DNA of 64,000 nucleotides from Basidiobolus meristosporus CBS 931.73 (taxonomy: Eukaryota; Fungi; Basidiobolomycota), in contig MCFE01000205.1 in assembly GCA_002104905.1 (NCBI GenBank), positions 62,001 through 126,000 on the forward strand, given 5' to 3'. A program made the position numbers and the translations under genes. The stretch's first letter is position 1. Each line of letters starts with the position of its first letter. Positions 37,901 through 52,200 of the stretch are shown piece by piece. The notes under the pieces were generated by a model. That model was not told the DNA's origin, made no database searches, and worked only from the letters and a program-made list of their open reading frames with translations.

Positions 37901-39505
37901 ATTCATCAAATATAAGTAGAAGCAGCATTTTTGAATGGAGAACTTGATGAGGACATGTATATGGACAAGTCTGATGGGTTTGTTGACCAAGATAACCCCC
38001 ATTTGGTCTGCAAGCTTAAAAAGTTACTATATGGTCCCACAATCACTGAGAGCCTGAAATTGCAAGATAGATTCTTATTTGGAATCATTGAGTTTCAAAA
38101 GGAGTAATGCTGACTATAGTATATACTATTAGCCAGATAGAGCAGATCCCATCTATTAGCTCTATATGTGGATGATCTTACTATAGCCACCAATAACCTA
38201 GAAACATTGGAAGAGACAAAATCCAGCTTATCCAAGGAGTTCAAGATGTCCAATCTAGGAAAACTCAGTTACTAACTAGGGATTAAGTTCTCCATAGACA
38301 GAAGTACCCAGACTATTACCCTAAGCCAGTCCAAGTATATTCAAGATATACTAAAGAAGTGCAAAATGGAAGACTGTAAACCAGCAGCTACCCCAATGGA
38401 GACAAACCTTAACTTGGTCAAAACTCAACCAAATCAAGAGAGCTTGGTGCCATCTGAAAGCCCTGACTTTCCTTATCAATCAATGGTTGGCAGTCCGATG
38501 TATATTATGCTTGGAACACATCTAGATGTCTCATATTCAGTGGGAGTTGTCAGCCAACATAATCAGAACTATGGATCTGGATATATTGCAGCAGTTAAGC
38601 GGATTTTTAAATACCTAAAAGGAACTGCTGATATCTACCTAAGCTACACTTATAAGGATTCAGAACAGGATCTTGTGGGATATTCTGATGCTGATTGGGG
38701 ACAAAATATAGAAGACAGAAGTTCCACAACAGGATACACCTTTTTTTACTGTCAAAGAGCAATTACATGGAATTCAAGAAAGCAACCAACCATAGCACTC
38801 TCTACCACAGAGGCAGGGTACATGGCAGCCTGTGAAGCTACAAAAGAAGCAATGTGGTTAAGAAAGCTGTTTACAGATTTAGACAAATGTCAAAAGAAGC
38901 CTATTACTTTATTTCAAGATAATCAAGGATGTATACAATTAGGTAGAAATCCAACTTTTCATGCTGGAACAAAGCACATAGATATTAGACATCATTTCAT
39001 ATGTGAAACTATAGAGAATAACTTAGCTAGCTTAGTTTACTATCCTACAGATGAAATGATTGCAGACATATTCACCAAACCATGAGCTAGAGACAAGTTT
39101 GAATATCTTAGGTAAAAATTAGGACTAGTCAGTATGAACATTTAGCTGAGTGGGAGTGTTATAAAAATTTGTATTTCCACCTAAATATTCACCTAACTTA
39201 GTCACTTGGATCATTACCTTCATATCCTAGAGAATACTGACCAAATTCCTTGTTGGGATTTACTTGGAATATTTTCACCAAAATACCAGGTACCCAGAAC
39301 ATCAAAATTCTCAAAGTTGTCCAAACAGCGCCAAACTTTGCACACATGTTCTTGGGACCTTCCTTAACCTATTCTACATGCTTGCTATGCCAAGACCAGG
39401 TAAAAGTATAAATACTTCTCTTATATTCAATAAACCATCAAGTGAAAACCACATAATCTACTTGTTCTCCCAATCACTTCCAATAGCTCCAAGACTCTTA
39501 CAACA
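34976..39505 (+). mobile_element. Near full-length Ty1/copia element, inactivated
   Basis: TSD GAAAG/GAAAT. Gag LDGSNYQVWK and CNYCKRKGHKSDWC; protease WYIDSGAS; integrase HSDLCGP, SDKGGEY, QQNGVAE; RT LYVDDL; RNase H YSDADWG, STTEAGY. 3' LTR 39157-39505. The 5' LTR lost its U5 and PBS. Confidence 0.95.
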
Positions 39506-39949
39506 GAAATATCCAGCTGCAAGCTGAACTTTATTGTGACCTCCTGCCAAGTAGTTAAATGTATATAGATTATAGGTGGGAGTGAGGCTTATGGTATTAT
39601 AGGCATTTGTGGATGCAATACAATAATAACAATAATCAGTAAAGAAGACACTTCAATGCTACTTCTAAACTTGATATATCCTCAGTGAGAGCCACACAAT
39701 CCACTTCTTCTCCCAAGTGCTCAGTATTACCAATACTCTCACAACACTTAGAGCCTTCCTTGATGTTCTTTATATGTCCAACTATCAAAGACCATGTATA
39801 ATATCAAGTACTACTCCCCCATGGGATCAGGGAATTATGGCCAGATTCCTTGCTGTGACTTGGAATAGTTTGGCCTAAGCATTGGGCACCTAGGATGCAA
39901 GTGACATAGTAAAAAAAACTATAGCCTCCTGCTTGCTAACCTGTACATA

Positions 39950-41730
39950 CACACACATACCTGCTGCATTGAAACACTTCTATCTCCTCAACTTTACAGC
40001 TTTTTAGTGTGCTGCTTGCAAAGTTGCCATATATCTTGAATTGCTGGTTACATATACATCTTGCAAACATATGCTTGGATGCCACTGCTTTGCCATAAAT
40101 ACCTCCTCAATATCTGCAAGGAACTTTTTGGTATTTAACCAGTATATTCCTTCTCCCTGCGGGATTCAAATCCCCATTATAGGCACACTCTGGCTCTTGT
40201 GTGTGTAAGTTCCTTATTGAATGGTATAGAAATTGACTTGTGGCCAAGACAAGCCAGGCATACTATGGTAAAGCTGTCCTAATAGAAATTAGTAGCTTGT
40301 TGCACCCAACTCAACTTTTCAAACCTAACTCATTACCTGCACATTGGGGCTGCTTAGCCTCTTTATGCTAAAGGTACAGGTGCCTCCATGTGCACATCTG
40401 TCCTCACCATTTTCCAACTCTTCCTGGCTGTTCTGCACATGCCAACTCATCACATCCATAATGGCTTTGAAGGATATCCTCATGATGAGATTAGGATATG
40501 GTAGTACCTGCAACTTGACTTGTTTTCCTATCTCCCCATGTATCTGCTCCATAAGAAGCTCCCAAAAGGTGAAGCAAGGCCCATTATTTTTCACACACCA
40601 AGCAAGATGGAGTAGAGAATGGGAACAGGAGTGGCAGAGATTAATGTGCTCATCTTTGTGCTTGAGTACAGTCACTCAAATCCTGACATAAACTCCTTGC
40701 GTAAAAGCTGTAGATGTGTCAAGCTGACATTGGTGATCCGCTTCTGAATATATATTCCTACAATGTCAAGATATGACTCCCAAGGCCTCCAATGTACTCT
40801 TGGTAGAAATGATTTCATAAGGCCACTTGAATATACACATATCCTGCTCATCCAGTCCTTGCATTTGTATTGTGACATATGCATGTGAATATTGATTGGA
40901 GCCTGCAAGATAAACATTGGGTGGCACAAACTCTGCAATATCCTGCTGATTCTTTCAAGTTTCTCCGGTATCTTGAAGGGCTTATTCAGCTTGGAATGCC
41001 CCATGTACAACTTGGTTATTAGTATTGCAATATTGTTAAAAGCAAACTCATTACTTTCAGGGGAATGCCTTTGCCCCATCAGATACCATCTATCTTGAGT
41101 ATCTCTAGTTTCCAATTAGCTCCATGTTCTGGCCAATGGCATATAGCTTGCCAGCTCAACTGCAACTGCATGCCAACTTCTGTGCATTCTCTCTGTGGGA
41201 AGATGATTTTCTTGGGGCTGGTGTTTTGATGATCATAATGTGTGTGCATTTTGGAATAAATCCCTTGAATCTCACACATTCAACAGCAATACCATCCATT
41301 ATGCCCACAAAAGCTGGCTATCTTGCTGATGGCTGGGGTATCTCCAGTTTTGATAATATTATGCTCTTTGATATGAGGCCATTTAGGAGTATCCTGCTGG
41401 GCAGCATACCTATTCATCCAGCAATGGATACAGGTAGCTGTCAAGGTAGGACAGTGATTTGGGCCTAGATACCACTGAGACTACTATCAAAATCTTGATG
41501 TCTCCTCCTCCCACAAAGATCTTAATGGTCTCAAACATCTTTCTGTTTATTGGATCATAAATAATCTGTTGCCACTCAAAATATGGCAGAGAATACAAAT
41601 ACTGGAGCTGTTAGCCACCATTCTGAGCTACCAATTAGTGTAAGTAGATATCAGAAACAAGCTCCCAGAATTGTAGAGATCCTGATAATATATAATACAT
41701 AAACTTACGTATACTGTGGATAAATACTAC
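39950..41730 (-). mobile_element. CACTA transposase pseudogene
   Basis: LIVVSVVSRPKSLSYLDSYLYPLLDE, WELLMEQIHGEIGKQVK...PYPNL; homologous to 1170-3045. Confidence 0.8.
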
Positions 41731-41735
41731 TTAAT

Positions 41736-41865
41736 AGACTTGTTGCATTGGATAGTGTCACAGTGAGCAACCAATGCAAATAGTGTTATAGTGTACTAGA
41801 GTGTCATAACAGACCCTCACTCTGCCATGAAAGGTGAAACTTAACTTTACATCATCATGTAAGGC
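41736..41865. repeat. PHIS-family terminal fragment
   Basis: AAT|AGACTTGTTGCATTGGATAGTG. Confidence 0.6.
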
Positions 41866-41867
41866 AG

Positions 41868-42488
41868 TGTAGTAATGGAAAGTATGCCATCAATAGAACT
41901 TACATTATATCCATTTCTTTATTTTGCCTTTTGCTATTATCACACACTAATGAAAGATGCAGAATTTAGAACTTTGAAGGATAATGCTTAAGACCCTGAC
42001 AAGCAGTCTACCCAAGAATATTATATCATGCAGTACACTCAGTAGTCAGATCTTAACAACTGAAAGATTTTAGCTTTGTATCACACTTTTTGCTAGCACA
42101 ATTGCCAAAACCTTTGATCCTTCAGAATTTTTATTTATGTGAATTCCCCTGCTGAAAGAAAAAAAAGCAAGCTTTCTTTACAGAATCTCCACTCTAAGAT
42201 TACAAGTTCAATGGTTATATGACTTCCCCTGCATTACTTGCACTGTTGAGTACTCTGACTTTGATTAGTACTATAACAGTAAAGAGACTGCAAAGCATAC
42301 TAGAATCCAATCTAGGTTCTTCAGAAAAGCAAGCACTTTTCTGTTGCAGAATTCCCCTCTAAGAGACATTGTTATTCAAAAGATGCTGCCTTAGTCTACA
42401 GACCCCTTTAGAGACCCATTTAGCCTAAAGACCTGATAGTCAACAGAAGGTCCAAACACTGCTGCAGAAGTGTGAAACACTACCTATA
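41868..42488 (+). repeat. Internally deleted solo LTR of gypsy family 1
   Basis: Starts TGTAGTAATGG, ends CCTATA, and aligns with 11467-12466. Confidence 0.75.
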
Positions 42489-42492
42489 GTAT

Positions 42493-43726
42493 AGACTTGT
42501 TGTCTTAGATAATGCCAAATAAGGCCAGCTTGCTTATAGTTCCAAAATCATTGGACACTCTTCAGCACCATTGGCTTCCTATAAGCTGCAATACATTCTA
42601 ATCTCTGACAATACTCTCATATAAAAGCCAAGTCTGCCATAAATTACACCCCTCTACTAAATTCAGGATGATTCTCTACCCCAAGTGCTTTGCCATGCCT
42701 ACTTCAAGCAAATGTCCCACTGAACCAATGCCAACCTCAATGTCCAACAGTGTTTGAAACTTCACACAGTGTGCCTTGTATTTACCAGAATATAAGTGCC
42801 TTTGCCCTCTAGAAGGTCTGCTAATCCTGACTGGATAGGTATCTAAAATACTCCTGGTATAGAGCCTTTTGCTCAGCACTCTGGGATATGGAAGTCTATT
42901 GGAGTTTCTGAACCTAGTATTGCAAACTTGTACTAAATCACCCATACTCTCTGCAAGGTGGTTCTCCATTGCTGTCAGCTGGGGATGCAAGCTGCTAGGA
43001 CTCTTGTTGCCATGGATAGTGTGGCAAAACCTTGTAGGGTATTATTTCTTGTAATAGCATAGAAGCTCAACAAGGAATCTCCTGGAGTAGATTGGGGTAG
43101 ATGGTCCACAGTACTTAGCACAGATCCCCTCTAATGTGTCAAAAGGAAATCCAGTGGAAGTGATGGGATGGATGAGAAAAGATCACTCAGATGATTGGAA
43201 CAGATGTGCCTTCAAGTAATTTGGTACCATTAGTTTAATTTATCTGATTTTTCATGCTTTATGATTAAATCTCCATCAATTACCAAGTATCCCATCATTA
43301 TGTTGCAAAAGTCATTTGCAAACAATTGCTTGGTAACCTCATTGATGATATGCTCACTATACTGTAATCAAATAGGAAATCTGCAACTAATATGATCTGA
43401 TCTGTGTCCATGTAATCCAAGATGCATCATTGATAATATATGGAAAATTCAGCAATCATATCAGCTTTCATATGTATTTCATATAAGTTCAGATTTATGC
43501 CAGTATACAGTTGTATAAGAATCCAAATTTGTCACTCCGGTCCCTATACCAAGTCTCAACTCATCTTTGGTACAACCAAGACAAAACCCATACCCCAGCT
43601 GACTAGATTTGTCTGGACTGGAAAAGACAATGTTGGATCTGTTTGTGCTCTTGCCAAATGATTTCAGTATGGCCTAAGTGTCTATGATGAGCCTTCATAT
43701 AGATATCTGGGCACTACTCATTAATC
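42493..43726 (-). mobile_element. PHIS/Pangu-like copy E3, partial, cut by a copia insertion
   Basis: Terminal AGACTTGTT at 42493; YSGKYKAHCVKFQ in ORF 42676-42990; intergenic region and ORF2 start match E1 and E2. Confidence 0.8.
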
Positions 43727-45395
43727 TGTTGTAAAAATTAGTAATTCCACCTATATATTCACCTAACTTAGTCACTTAGATAGTTACCTTCAAATCCTAG
43801 GGAATACTGATCAAATTCCTTGTTGGGATTTACTTGGAATATTTTTGCCAAAATACCAGGTACCCAGAAAATTAAAATTCTCAAAGTTGTCCAAACAGCC
43901 CCAAACTTTGCACACGTGTTCTTGGGACCTTCCTTAAGCTATTCTACAGGTTTGTCAAGCCAAGATCATGTAAAGTACAAATACTACTTTTACATTCATT
44001 GAATTATTAAGTGAAATCACATAACTTACTTGGTCTCCTAGTCACTTCCAATATCTCCAAGACTCTTACAACAGGTTATAAGCCCCAAGTTGTCACTTTC
44101 TGCAATGTCTACTTCTGCTATTACTGGAACTTTTCCCTCTGCTGAGAAGTTTGATGGATCTAACCAATAAGTGTGGGAGGTGAAGATGAAGATGCTGCTG
44201 CAAGAAAGAGGCCTTTGGGATATTGTCACAGGAGAAGAATGCCCTCCTAAAAACATGGGAGAGGAAGCCTTAAATTACCTTAAGAAAGAACTAAGGGCCT
44301 TGAACTCCATTTGCGTTGATGTGGAAGATAAGTTGCAATTCAATGATCAAGAGCAAAAACAGCAAAGAATGCCTGGAAGGCATTAGAAGACACCTACCAG
44401 CCATGACAGCTGCTAAGAAAAAGTATCTGAGACAAAAATTCTTCAATACAAAGATGCAGCCAGGAGAAGAAATGAACAATCTATCAACAGAATTACACTG
44501 CTGGTGGGTGAGAAGATATCTGCTGGAGTACCAACTATTGATGAGGATGTGATAGTTACCTTTCTAAGTAGTCTGTCAGACAAGTTTTAGGGCCTTGTAT
44601 TGACCCTGGAGTCCTCAACTGAAGATTTGACCTTAAATTAAAATATGAAAAGCTCTTGGATGAAGAATTAAGAAAATCAAGTGCCAATAAGAAGGAAGAA
44701 GGCAATGCTTTAATAGACAATGATTACCAACAAAGAAGGTATGCAAGACCCTACAAAGGCAACAGCAACCTGTTTTGCAACTGCCACAAAAGGAAAGGAT
44801 ACACATCAGACCAGTGTCTCAAAAAGAGAGATCATCAGCAAAAGAAGCTTCAGTATAAAAATGCTGCCACAACTGAGGACAGATGATTCATATCTGCACT
44901 AAATATGACCACAAACAAGGATTATCAGACATGGTATATTGGCTCTGGAGCATGTCAACACTTTACACATCACAAAGAACTTTTACCCAATACAAAGAAA
45001 TTCCAATCAGAGGGTTTTCATGGGTGACAATAGAACACTTGATGCAGTGGGAGAAGGAACTATCCACTTAAACCCTAGAAGCAGTGAGGAAGCCATACAT
45101 TGACCTTTAGAGAAGTACTCTATGTACCAGAAATAGTCAAGAATCTACTATCTGTAAAAGGCCACAGCAGAAGAACTCAGTTTCAACTTGGACAACTCTG
45201 GATGCAGGAATACCTTTCAAAATGGCGCCCATATTGCTTTGTGTATCAGAGATCAGAATCTGTATAAGTTGACTTATATTCCATCATATCTGGAAGCCAA
45301 CGCAAGTAACTCAAATGGGGAAACACCAATGCTTCAGCACAGGAGATTTTGCCACATCAATTTTGATTATTTGTGCCCAATGATCAAAGATCCGC
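43727..45395 (+). mobile_element. Copia 5' part: LTR 43727-44073, PBS 44074-44085, gag-protease
   Basis: TGTTGTAA...TTACAACA followed by GGTTATAAGCCC; gag is homologous to 35206 onward. Confidence 0.88.
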
Positions 45396-45899
45396 TAAGC
45401 CTCCTCAAAGCCTGCTGCCTCTCCATCATCCTTGCCCAAATGGACTCCTTTGTCCCCTCTTCTTCTTTTGAATTCTCTCCCTAAAAGTCTCTCACAACTT
45501 GCATCCTTTGCAAAGATAATATTCTCAAAGGCCAATCCACCTTTGTTGTTGAAATGTCTGACCTTAGATATATCCTCAAATATACCAACCCCTACACTTT
45601 AGTTTTTGCTAACAAAATGCCCACAGCACAGAACACATCTCTGCATCTGCCATCCCACCTCCAGCATCATAACTCTTGCCAAACAAAATATCATCTTTAT
45701 GTTCACCACCCATTTACACAACATCTACAAATTTATCATAGATATTCCCAGCATTGAAGTTTTTCATCTCTCTGTTAATTTCAAACATATTAATTCTAAA
45801 TATGTTATTATCTTTGAATGCAAGATTAAAAAAGGTCCCTGTGACTCCATTTATGGCATCAAAGGCTGCAAATTCCTTAACATGGACCTTAACTTCTGC

Positions 45900-46569
45900 C
45901 AAAAAGCATTCCAAATCAATGCAAACATTTTGTCCTGTGAAGATGAAACTTGTCCCACTAGCAGTTTGTCTTTAACATTAAGACAAATGCAGTTAAAGGC
46001 ACTTTGTTCTTTCTTCTGGTACTCTGATGCTTCCTCTTCCATGTTTTTAGGGAGCATTCTTCTCCCATGATAATATCCCCAAGGCTTCTTTCTTGTAGCA
46101 GCATCTTCATCTTCACCTTCCACACATGCTAGTTGGATCCATTCAACTTTTCAGCAGAGGGAAAAACTCCAGTAGTAACAGCAGTAGATATTGCAGAGAG
46201 TGACAGCTTGGGGCTCATAACCTGTTGTAAGAGTCTTAGAGATATTGGAAGTGATTGGGAGAACAAGTAGATTTTATGGCCTTCACTTAATTATATATTC
46301 AGTGTGAAAGTAGTATTTATACTTTTACATGGTCTTAGCATAACAAACATGTAAATAAATTACAGAAGGTCCCAAGAGCATGTGTGCAAAGTTTAGGGCT
46401 GTTTTGACAACTTTAAGAATTTTCATGTTTTAGGTACTTGGTATTTTGGTGAGATATTTTAAGTAAATCCCAACAAAGAGTTTGGTTAGTATTCTCTAGG
46501 ATATGAAGGCCATGATCTAAGTGGCTAAGTCAGGTGAATAATTAGGTGGAATTACAAATTTTTACAGCA
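45900..46569 (-). mobile_element. Inverted copia 5' part: LTR 46223-46569, PBS GGTTATGAGCCC, gag start
   Basis: Reverse complement aligns with 43727-44400. Confidence 0.85.
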
Positions 46570-47277
46570 GTTTCCACCACAGAGGCAGATTATATGGCAG
46601 CCTGTGAAGCTACAAAAGAAGTAATGTGGTTAAGGAAGCTTTTTACAGATTTAGGACTATGTCAAAAGCTGCCTATTACTCTATCTCAAGATAATCAAGA
46701 ATGTGTACAATTAAGTAGAAATACAACTTCTCATGCTAGAACTAAGCATATACATATTAGATGTCATTTCATATGTGAAGCTAGAGAGAATAACTTAGTT
46801 AGCTTTGTTTGCTGTCTTTCAGTCAAAATGATTGCAGACATATTTACCAAAACATTAGCTGGAGACCAGTTTGAATATCTTAGGTCCAGATTAGGATTAG
46901 TCAGTATGAACATTTAGCTGAGTGGGAGTGTTGTAAGAACTTGTAATTCCACATAAATATTCACCAAACTTAGTCACTTAGATCATTACCTTCAAATCCT
47001 AGAGAGTACTTACCAGATTCCTTGTCAGTATTTACTTAGAATATTTTCACCAAAATAACAGGTACCCAGAGCATGAAAATTCTCAAAGTTGTCCAAATAG
47101 CCCCAAGCTTTGCACACATGTTCTTGGGACCTTCCTTGACCTATTCTACATGTTTGTTATGCCAAGACCATGTCAAAGTATAAATACCACTTTTGCATCT
47201 AATAAATCATTGAGTGAAAACCACATAATCTACTTGTTCTCTCAATCACTTCCAGTATCTCCAAGACACTTACAACA
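46570..47277 (+). mobile_element. Copia 3' part: RNase H end, PPT, 3' LTR 46929-47277
   Basis: STTEADYMAACEATKEVMWLRKL; PPT gagtgggag. Confidence 0.88.
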
Positions 47278-48507
47278 AGATGAGGGTACTTCCCAATGGA
47301 GTCCAACTTATTTTGGCTATACCTGAACTTTGTGAAAATTCATATATACTCTATGGAGCCTCTTCTTCAAAGTTCTCAAGATAGAAACTTTAGTAGAGCC
47401 TTCAAACTGCAACAGGATACATCAGATATTGTAGTATATATTGGAGCAGATTATTTAATGAAGAAGTCTTGATGTCTGCAGTCCATGGATTAGAAAGCAA
47501 CAGGTGCAAGGATCAACAAGATGAGATTTGTGCATTCTGAAGATGCCAAGAAGACCAGCTGGCCTTGCAAACCAAGCTCAAGGTTGAGCATGACTATCAG
47601 GAGAATATAGAAAATCCAAGCCCCAGGTGAATCTCACTTCTGGAAAAGTGCCTATCAATATTCTACAAGTATATTCTGATGTGACAAAAGTGACTATATC
47701 AGTCCAAGTCAGTAAAAACACTCTAAGAATAGCTACCAAATAGGCTATGGTATTGTCTGATACCAAACTGGGTAAATCAAGAAACAAGTTGACTGTGAAA
47801 CTCCTATATATGAAGTATTCAGTCTAAAAAAAGTTATTGCTACTTTTAGGAGGACAAAGGTGGCCATTCTGGATCATTATTTGAATCCAAAGCACTAAAC
47901 AGATGTAGTTCAAGTGTAAGTAGGCCATCTCAGCTCAGAGTTGGGCAAAAACCTTTTTTTTAGCCATATTATATGTGACACAGTGACAGGAAATGAGGAT
48001 ACCGCAGATCAGGCACAAATGACAAAACCTTAACTTGGCCCAATATAGGACATTATTTACCTCATATGAAGTCTATGTAAAGAAAGCAACTGTCCATGAG
48101 GCTAATATGGCCATACAGTGAAGTTTTCTAAATGAATCAGACTGTTGCCCTGAATAAGTAAACTTCAGATCTGCCATTAATGACAAAACCTTAACTTGAC
48201 CAAAAAAGGGTCAGTTTTGCTTATATATCAATATTCAAATCTGACAATCAAACTCAGCTCACTATTCAAGCCTATGAAAGTGATCAAAGCTGATGATTAG
48301 TATTTTGATCAGATCATTCTGATTTTAGGCATACTATTAAGTATATATGCTCATTGAGTTACAAGTTACTTGTTCAAGTAAGCTGAAACCAAATGCTTAT
48401 ACTGTTGAATAATGTGTTAGTCCAGTGTGCAACATTGTCCAACTTTATATGCTCCAGTACATATTGCACGCTCTTAATATGTATTTGTTACATATGATTA
48501 TTCTATT

Positions 48508-48865
48508 GAGTGGGAGCATTGTAATTATTAAGCTGCCACATAAAAATTCATGCTACCTTAGTCACATAGATCTTATTCTGTGATTAGCATTCTGACCTGG
48601 CTAAACATCTTGCTGGAATTTACCTAGAATATATTCACCAAGTTATCAGGTACCCAAATTATGACCTTTCCCAAAGTTGCCCAATGGACCCCAAACCTTC
48701 CACACATATTCTTGGGACCTTCCTTAACAAAGTCTACATGTCTGTATGCCCTGCTTTAGCAAAAGTATAAATACCATACTTTTGATCAATACATTTACAA
48801 GTGAATAACATGTATATCCTCCAGTTCTCCACATCACTTCCAATACTCCTCAGAATATTGCAACA
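48508..48865 (+). repeat. Diverged copia-family LTR with PPT
   Basis: gagtgggag followed by a 349-bp sequence sharing ttcttgggaccttccttaac and ending GCAACA. Confidence 0.7.
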
Positions 48866-49299
48866 AAAAGTTCATTGCATATTGTTGGCTCCATAGGTGG
48901 GAGTTACAAAGCTGTGATATTGAATCCATCTTGCAGTTAGCGATCTGAGCACAAGCGACTTGGACCAATCCCTGTGCATAACCCTGAATATTCTTGACGC
49001 ACTCTGTATGGTTCCACTTGTTGAATCAGCAGCATTAAATCAGTATCTGGTTAGTCACGTAAGGGGTATAGACTGGTCTGCAGATACCGAAGAATCGATC
49101 TGAATAGCAGGTAAGTGTTCATCAAGGCCATGAGACATGAATTGCTGTCAGAGTTGTTGATGTCCCCAAATGGCATTGGATGGGGAAGGACAGCAAGTGG
49201 ACAGTATACAACTACCGATCGCTATGGCAATCATGGGTGGCAAGTGTACAAGACATAGATGCCACAAAGCGGGATGTTCAGATAATTGGAGGGGAGTAG

Positions 49300-52200
49300 A
49301 TTTGGCAGGTCAAGAATAGGATGAAGATAGCTGGATTACTACTCAGCATAAATAAACCGAGTTGTACCTTTACCAAGCTAGTACTGCTAAGAAAGCTACC
49401 CCCTATCCAAACACACGACCAGTGGACCAGAGGGAAATTGTTGAAGCTAGTAGAAGATACATTCAATTGGCCCACAATCGAACCTAACGTGGTTGCAAAG
49501 AGGAGAGCACGTTGATATGGGATATGTGTGGCTAAAGCGTTCGTGGAGTGCGGTCTCTCCATCAATCAACTGAGAGAGAAACAGGTATCTCCCCCAACCC
49601 CGTACTCAGCCCTCAATACCAGCTCCAGCTTTACCAAAGCCTACTACTGCACACAACAGCTCAGCAAAGCCTGGAGATTGGTCTCACAAGCCGGGCAAGA
49701 AATTCTCGAGCTGGACGTGGTACACCAATTTCAAGTATCCTCTAGCCAAGTCGTATCAAAAATGCGGTGCATCACCCTTTCCCACAGTCTAAACGGAGGA
49801 GAAATCGACCATTATCGTTTATGAGGCATTGGTAACAAACGCGCCAGGCTCGTCACCCATGGTCTGTACATACAATGGCACAGGTATAGATATGGATGGA
49901 TGTACCATTAAAAGGTTGAAATGCGAAAAAGTTGTCCCTTGGTGCATACAGGCAGTGTTGGTATCAGGCTCCAGGATCTGCTAGGCCAGCAAGCCCACTA
50001 CCGGTTAGCCCATATGATAATAGCATTATCCAAGGCTTCAGCCCGACGCCAGACTAGCCATTGGAAACGGGATTTGTTGTGAAAGCTGTTGGTGAACTGG
50101 GGAGGGCTTCAAGGGATTGGTGCTGCTTCGAAGGCATCGTATATTGGATCAGCCATGTCAGGAATTCCGTTTCCCAGATCAAACGGAGTGATGGGATTTG
50201 AACTACGGAATGGGAATGCACAGGTGATGTACGACTGATCAGCACCTATTGGAATCCTCCAAGAGGGGTGCTACGGATACTCTGGGACGGAGGTCCTTAG
50301 GATGTTTTCACGCCAGTGCTCCAACTTTGGGCTGACATCAGCTATATACTTCTGTGTTGGGAAGCATAGTCTATGTCTAGCCAGCAGTCGGGCAGAAATG
50401 GACTCTGCGTACGAAGCACCGGTAGGACTATCAGAAATCTCATGGCTTGCTAGGTGGTACAATGATGAAGTGCAGAGCTGAGGATAGGCGGTAGATTCCC
50501 AGAGGGACTAATGGCAATAGGACTGCAAGCGAGGTCCATAATGTGGGAAAACTCAGGAGTCCGCGAGGGTGGTAATATTCCCACTTCATCGTAAAGATTC
50601 GCGTACCACCTGATGTCTGACCTGGCTCACATAGCGCACTGGTTCATCAGGAAACGTACTAGATTCTGGTGACCATGGGTCGCTGTAACGTATGCAGAGC
50701 CGGAGCTAGGCGCCAGCCATCATGCATTGGGCCAGAATGACCAGGGCGGGTCACAATACAAACTTGCCATATCCTACGATATTCGTTCGGAGTAGTAATG
50801 ATGAATCACCAGCTTGCAACATAACGGCGAATTTCGCTGTGCTGTGAAATACGGTCTGCTCTCCAGCACGAGAGAGCGACAACCTCAGCCTTGATCCGAT
50901 CTGATTTCTAGTGGTTATGCTTGAGGTCGTCCGGATTCACTGATTAGCAATCGGGTTGGAGGAAATCCATGTAAATGGGATCCTCAGATCGCCCATCCAT
51001 GTTGTTTGTGGGAGAAGGGAATGGTTGAAGCCCCAAGGGTGGGGTTGAAGCGATCATACAGGCGGCCTTGACTAAACATCATTCGAGCCAAACGCTCAAA
51101 AAGGCCCATCAGATCAGGCTTACATAATCCACATTAGCATGCATGATTCGTGGGCAAGGATCTGAGCGTCCAAGGCAGGACCCATCCTCTCTGAAGCGTA
51201 CCTGGGCTGAGGAACATGTGATGAAAGCAAGAAACCTCACCTCGCCTCGCTAGAAGGTGGAGAGCACTCCACCGGTGCGCATAGCTTCTGGCTCTCATAG
51301 CACACCGGATAGAAAGCATATACCAAACTGATGATGGTCGCCATATAGTACCTAAGCTAGTACAATTCCAGCGTATCCTACAGCTCAGCGTGCCTCGATG
51401 AAATTGAAGTGAGCATGAATACACTGGTTTCAAATGAACGGTATGGATTCACTATGCTGGTGGCCTCCTCTATGTCGCACATGATCTTGGCACGACAATC
51501 CAGTGCTGTTTTGAGTAGTACCGTTCATAATGAGTTGGTACGAGAAGAACCCATGTGATCTGTATGCGGCAGCTTACCACGATGCAGCGTAAGTCAGCAT
51601 CTTTCCTGTCTCTCAGAATCGGACCAACCTCATGACTTCAGCGATACCTCGATAACAAGTTACCGTTAAGGCGAAGATTCACAAACATGCATTGTATGAC
51701 TGGCCGTCTCGGATTTCCTAAAACTGCCATGGATTGAACCATGATTGGATTCAGATTTTGATGAGGGCGAAGATGGTTGCTCAGTCCGGGAGTCGGTGCA
51801 GCCTTTCTTTACGAACAACGCCCTCGTGAGAAGTTTTGTCGACGCTGGCCGGATTCCACCCGCCGCATGTCGTCACTTTTGGGACTCGCAGCAACCTACG
51901 TTACTGAGAACTGGATTGGTATCACCTCTCCTCAACTGTTGAACGTGGATGCGCAATCGATATCCCCGATAAAACCCTGGGTGTATTTCATATGCACCTG
52001 GCTGTATGCTCGGTAGGAGCACAAATTCCTGGTAGAGCGATGGGCGCATGACGCGATTCCAGGAATTTCTTTGTAGGAGTCCATCTGAAACCCCGGTACC
52101 AAACCGGTCGTTTTCCCTGGGAGGATTTTCGCACATTGGCAAGGCAGGATGCTGTGGAGGGACGAGCGACACCGAGCGTGTAAGGCTTGACTCTGAAGGC

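Noticed and set aside
47280-48500. CpG-poor stretch with a 20-bp direct repeat (aatgacaaaaccttaacttg at ~48018 and ~48179)
   Set aside because: Probably TE debris, but no motif allowed assignment.
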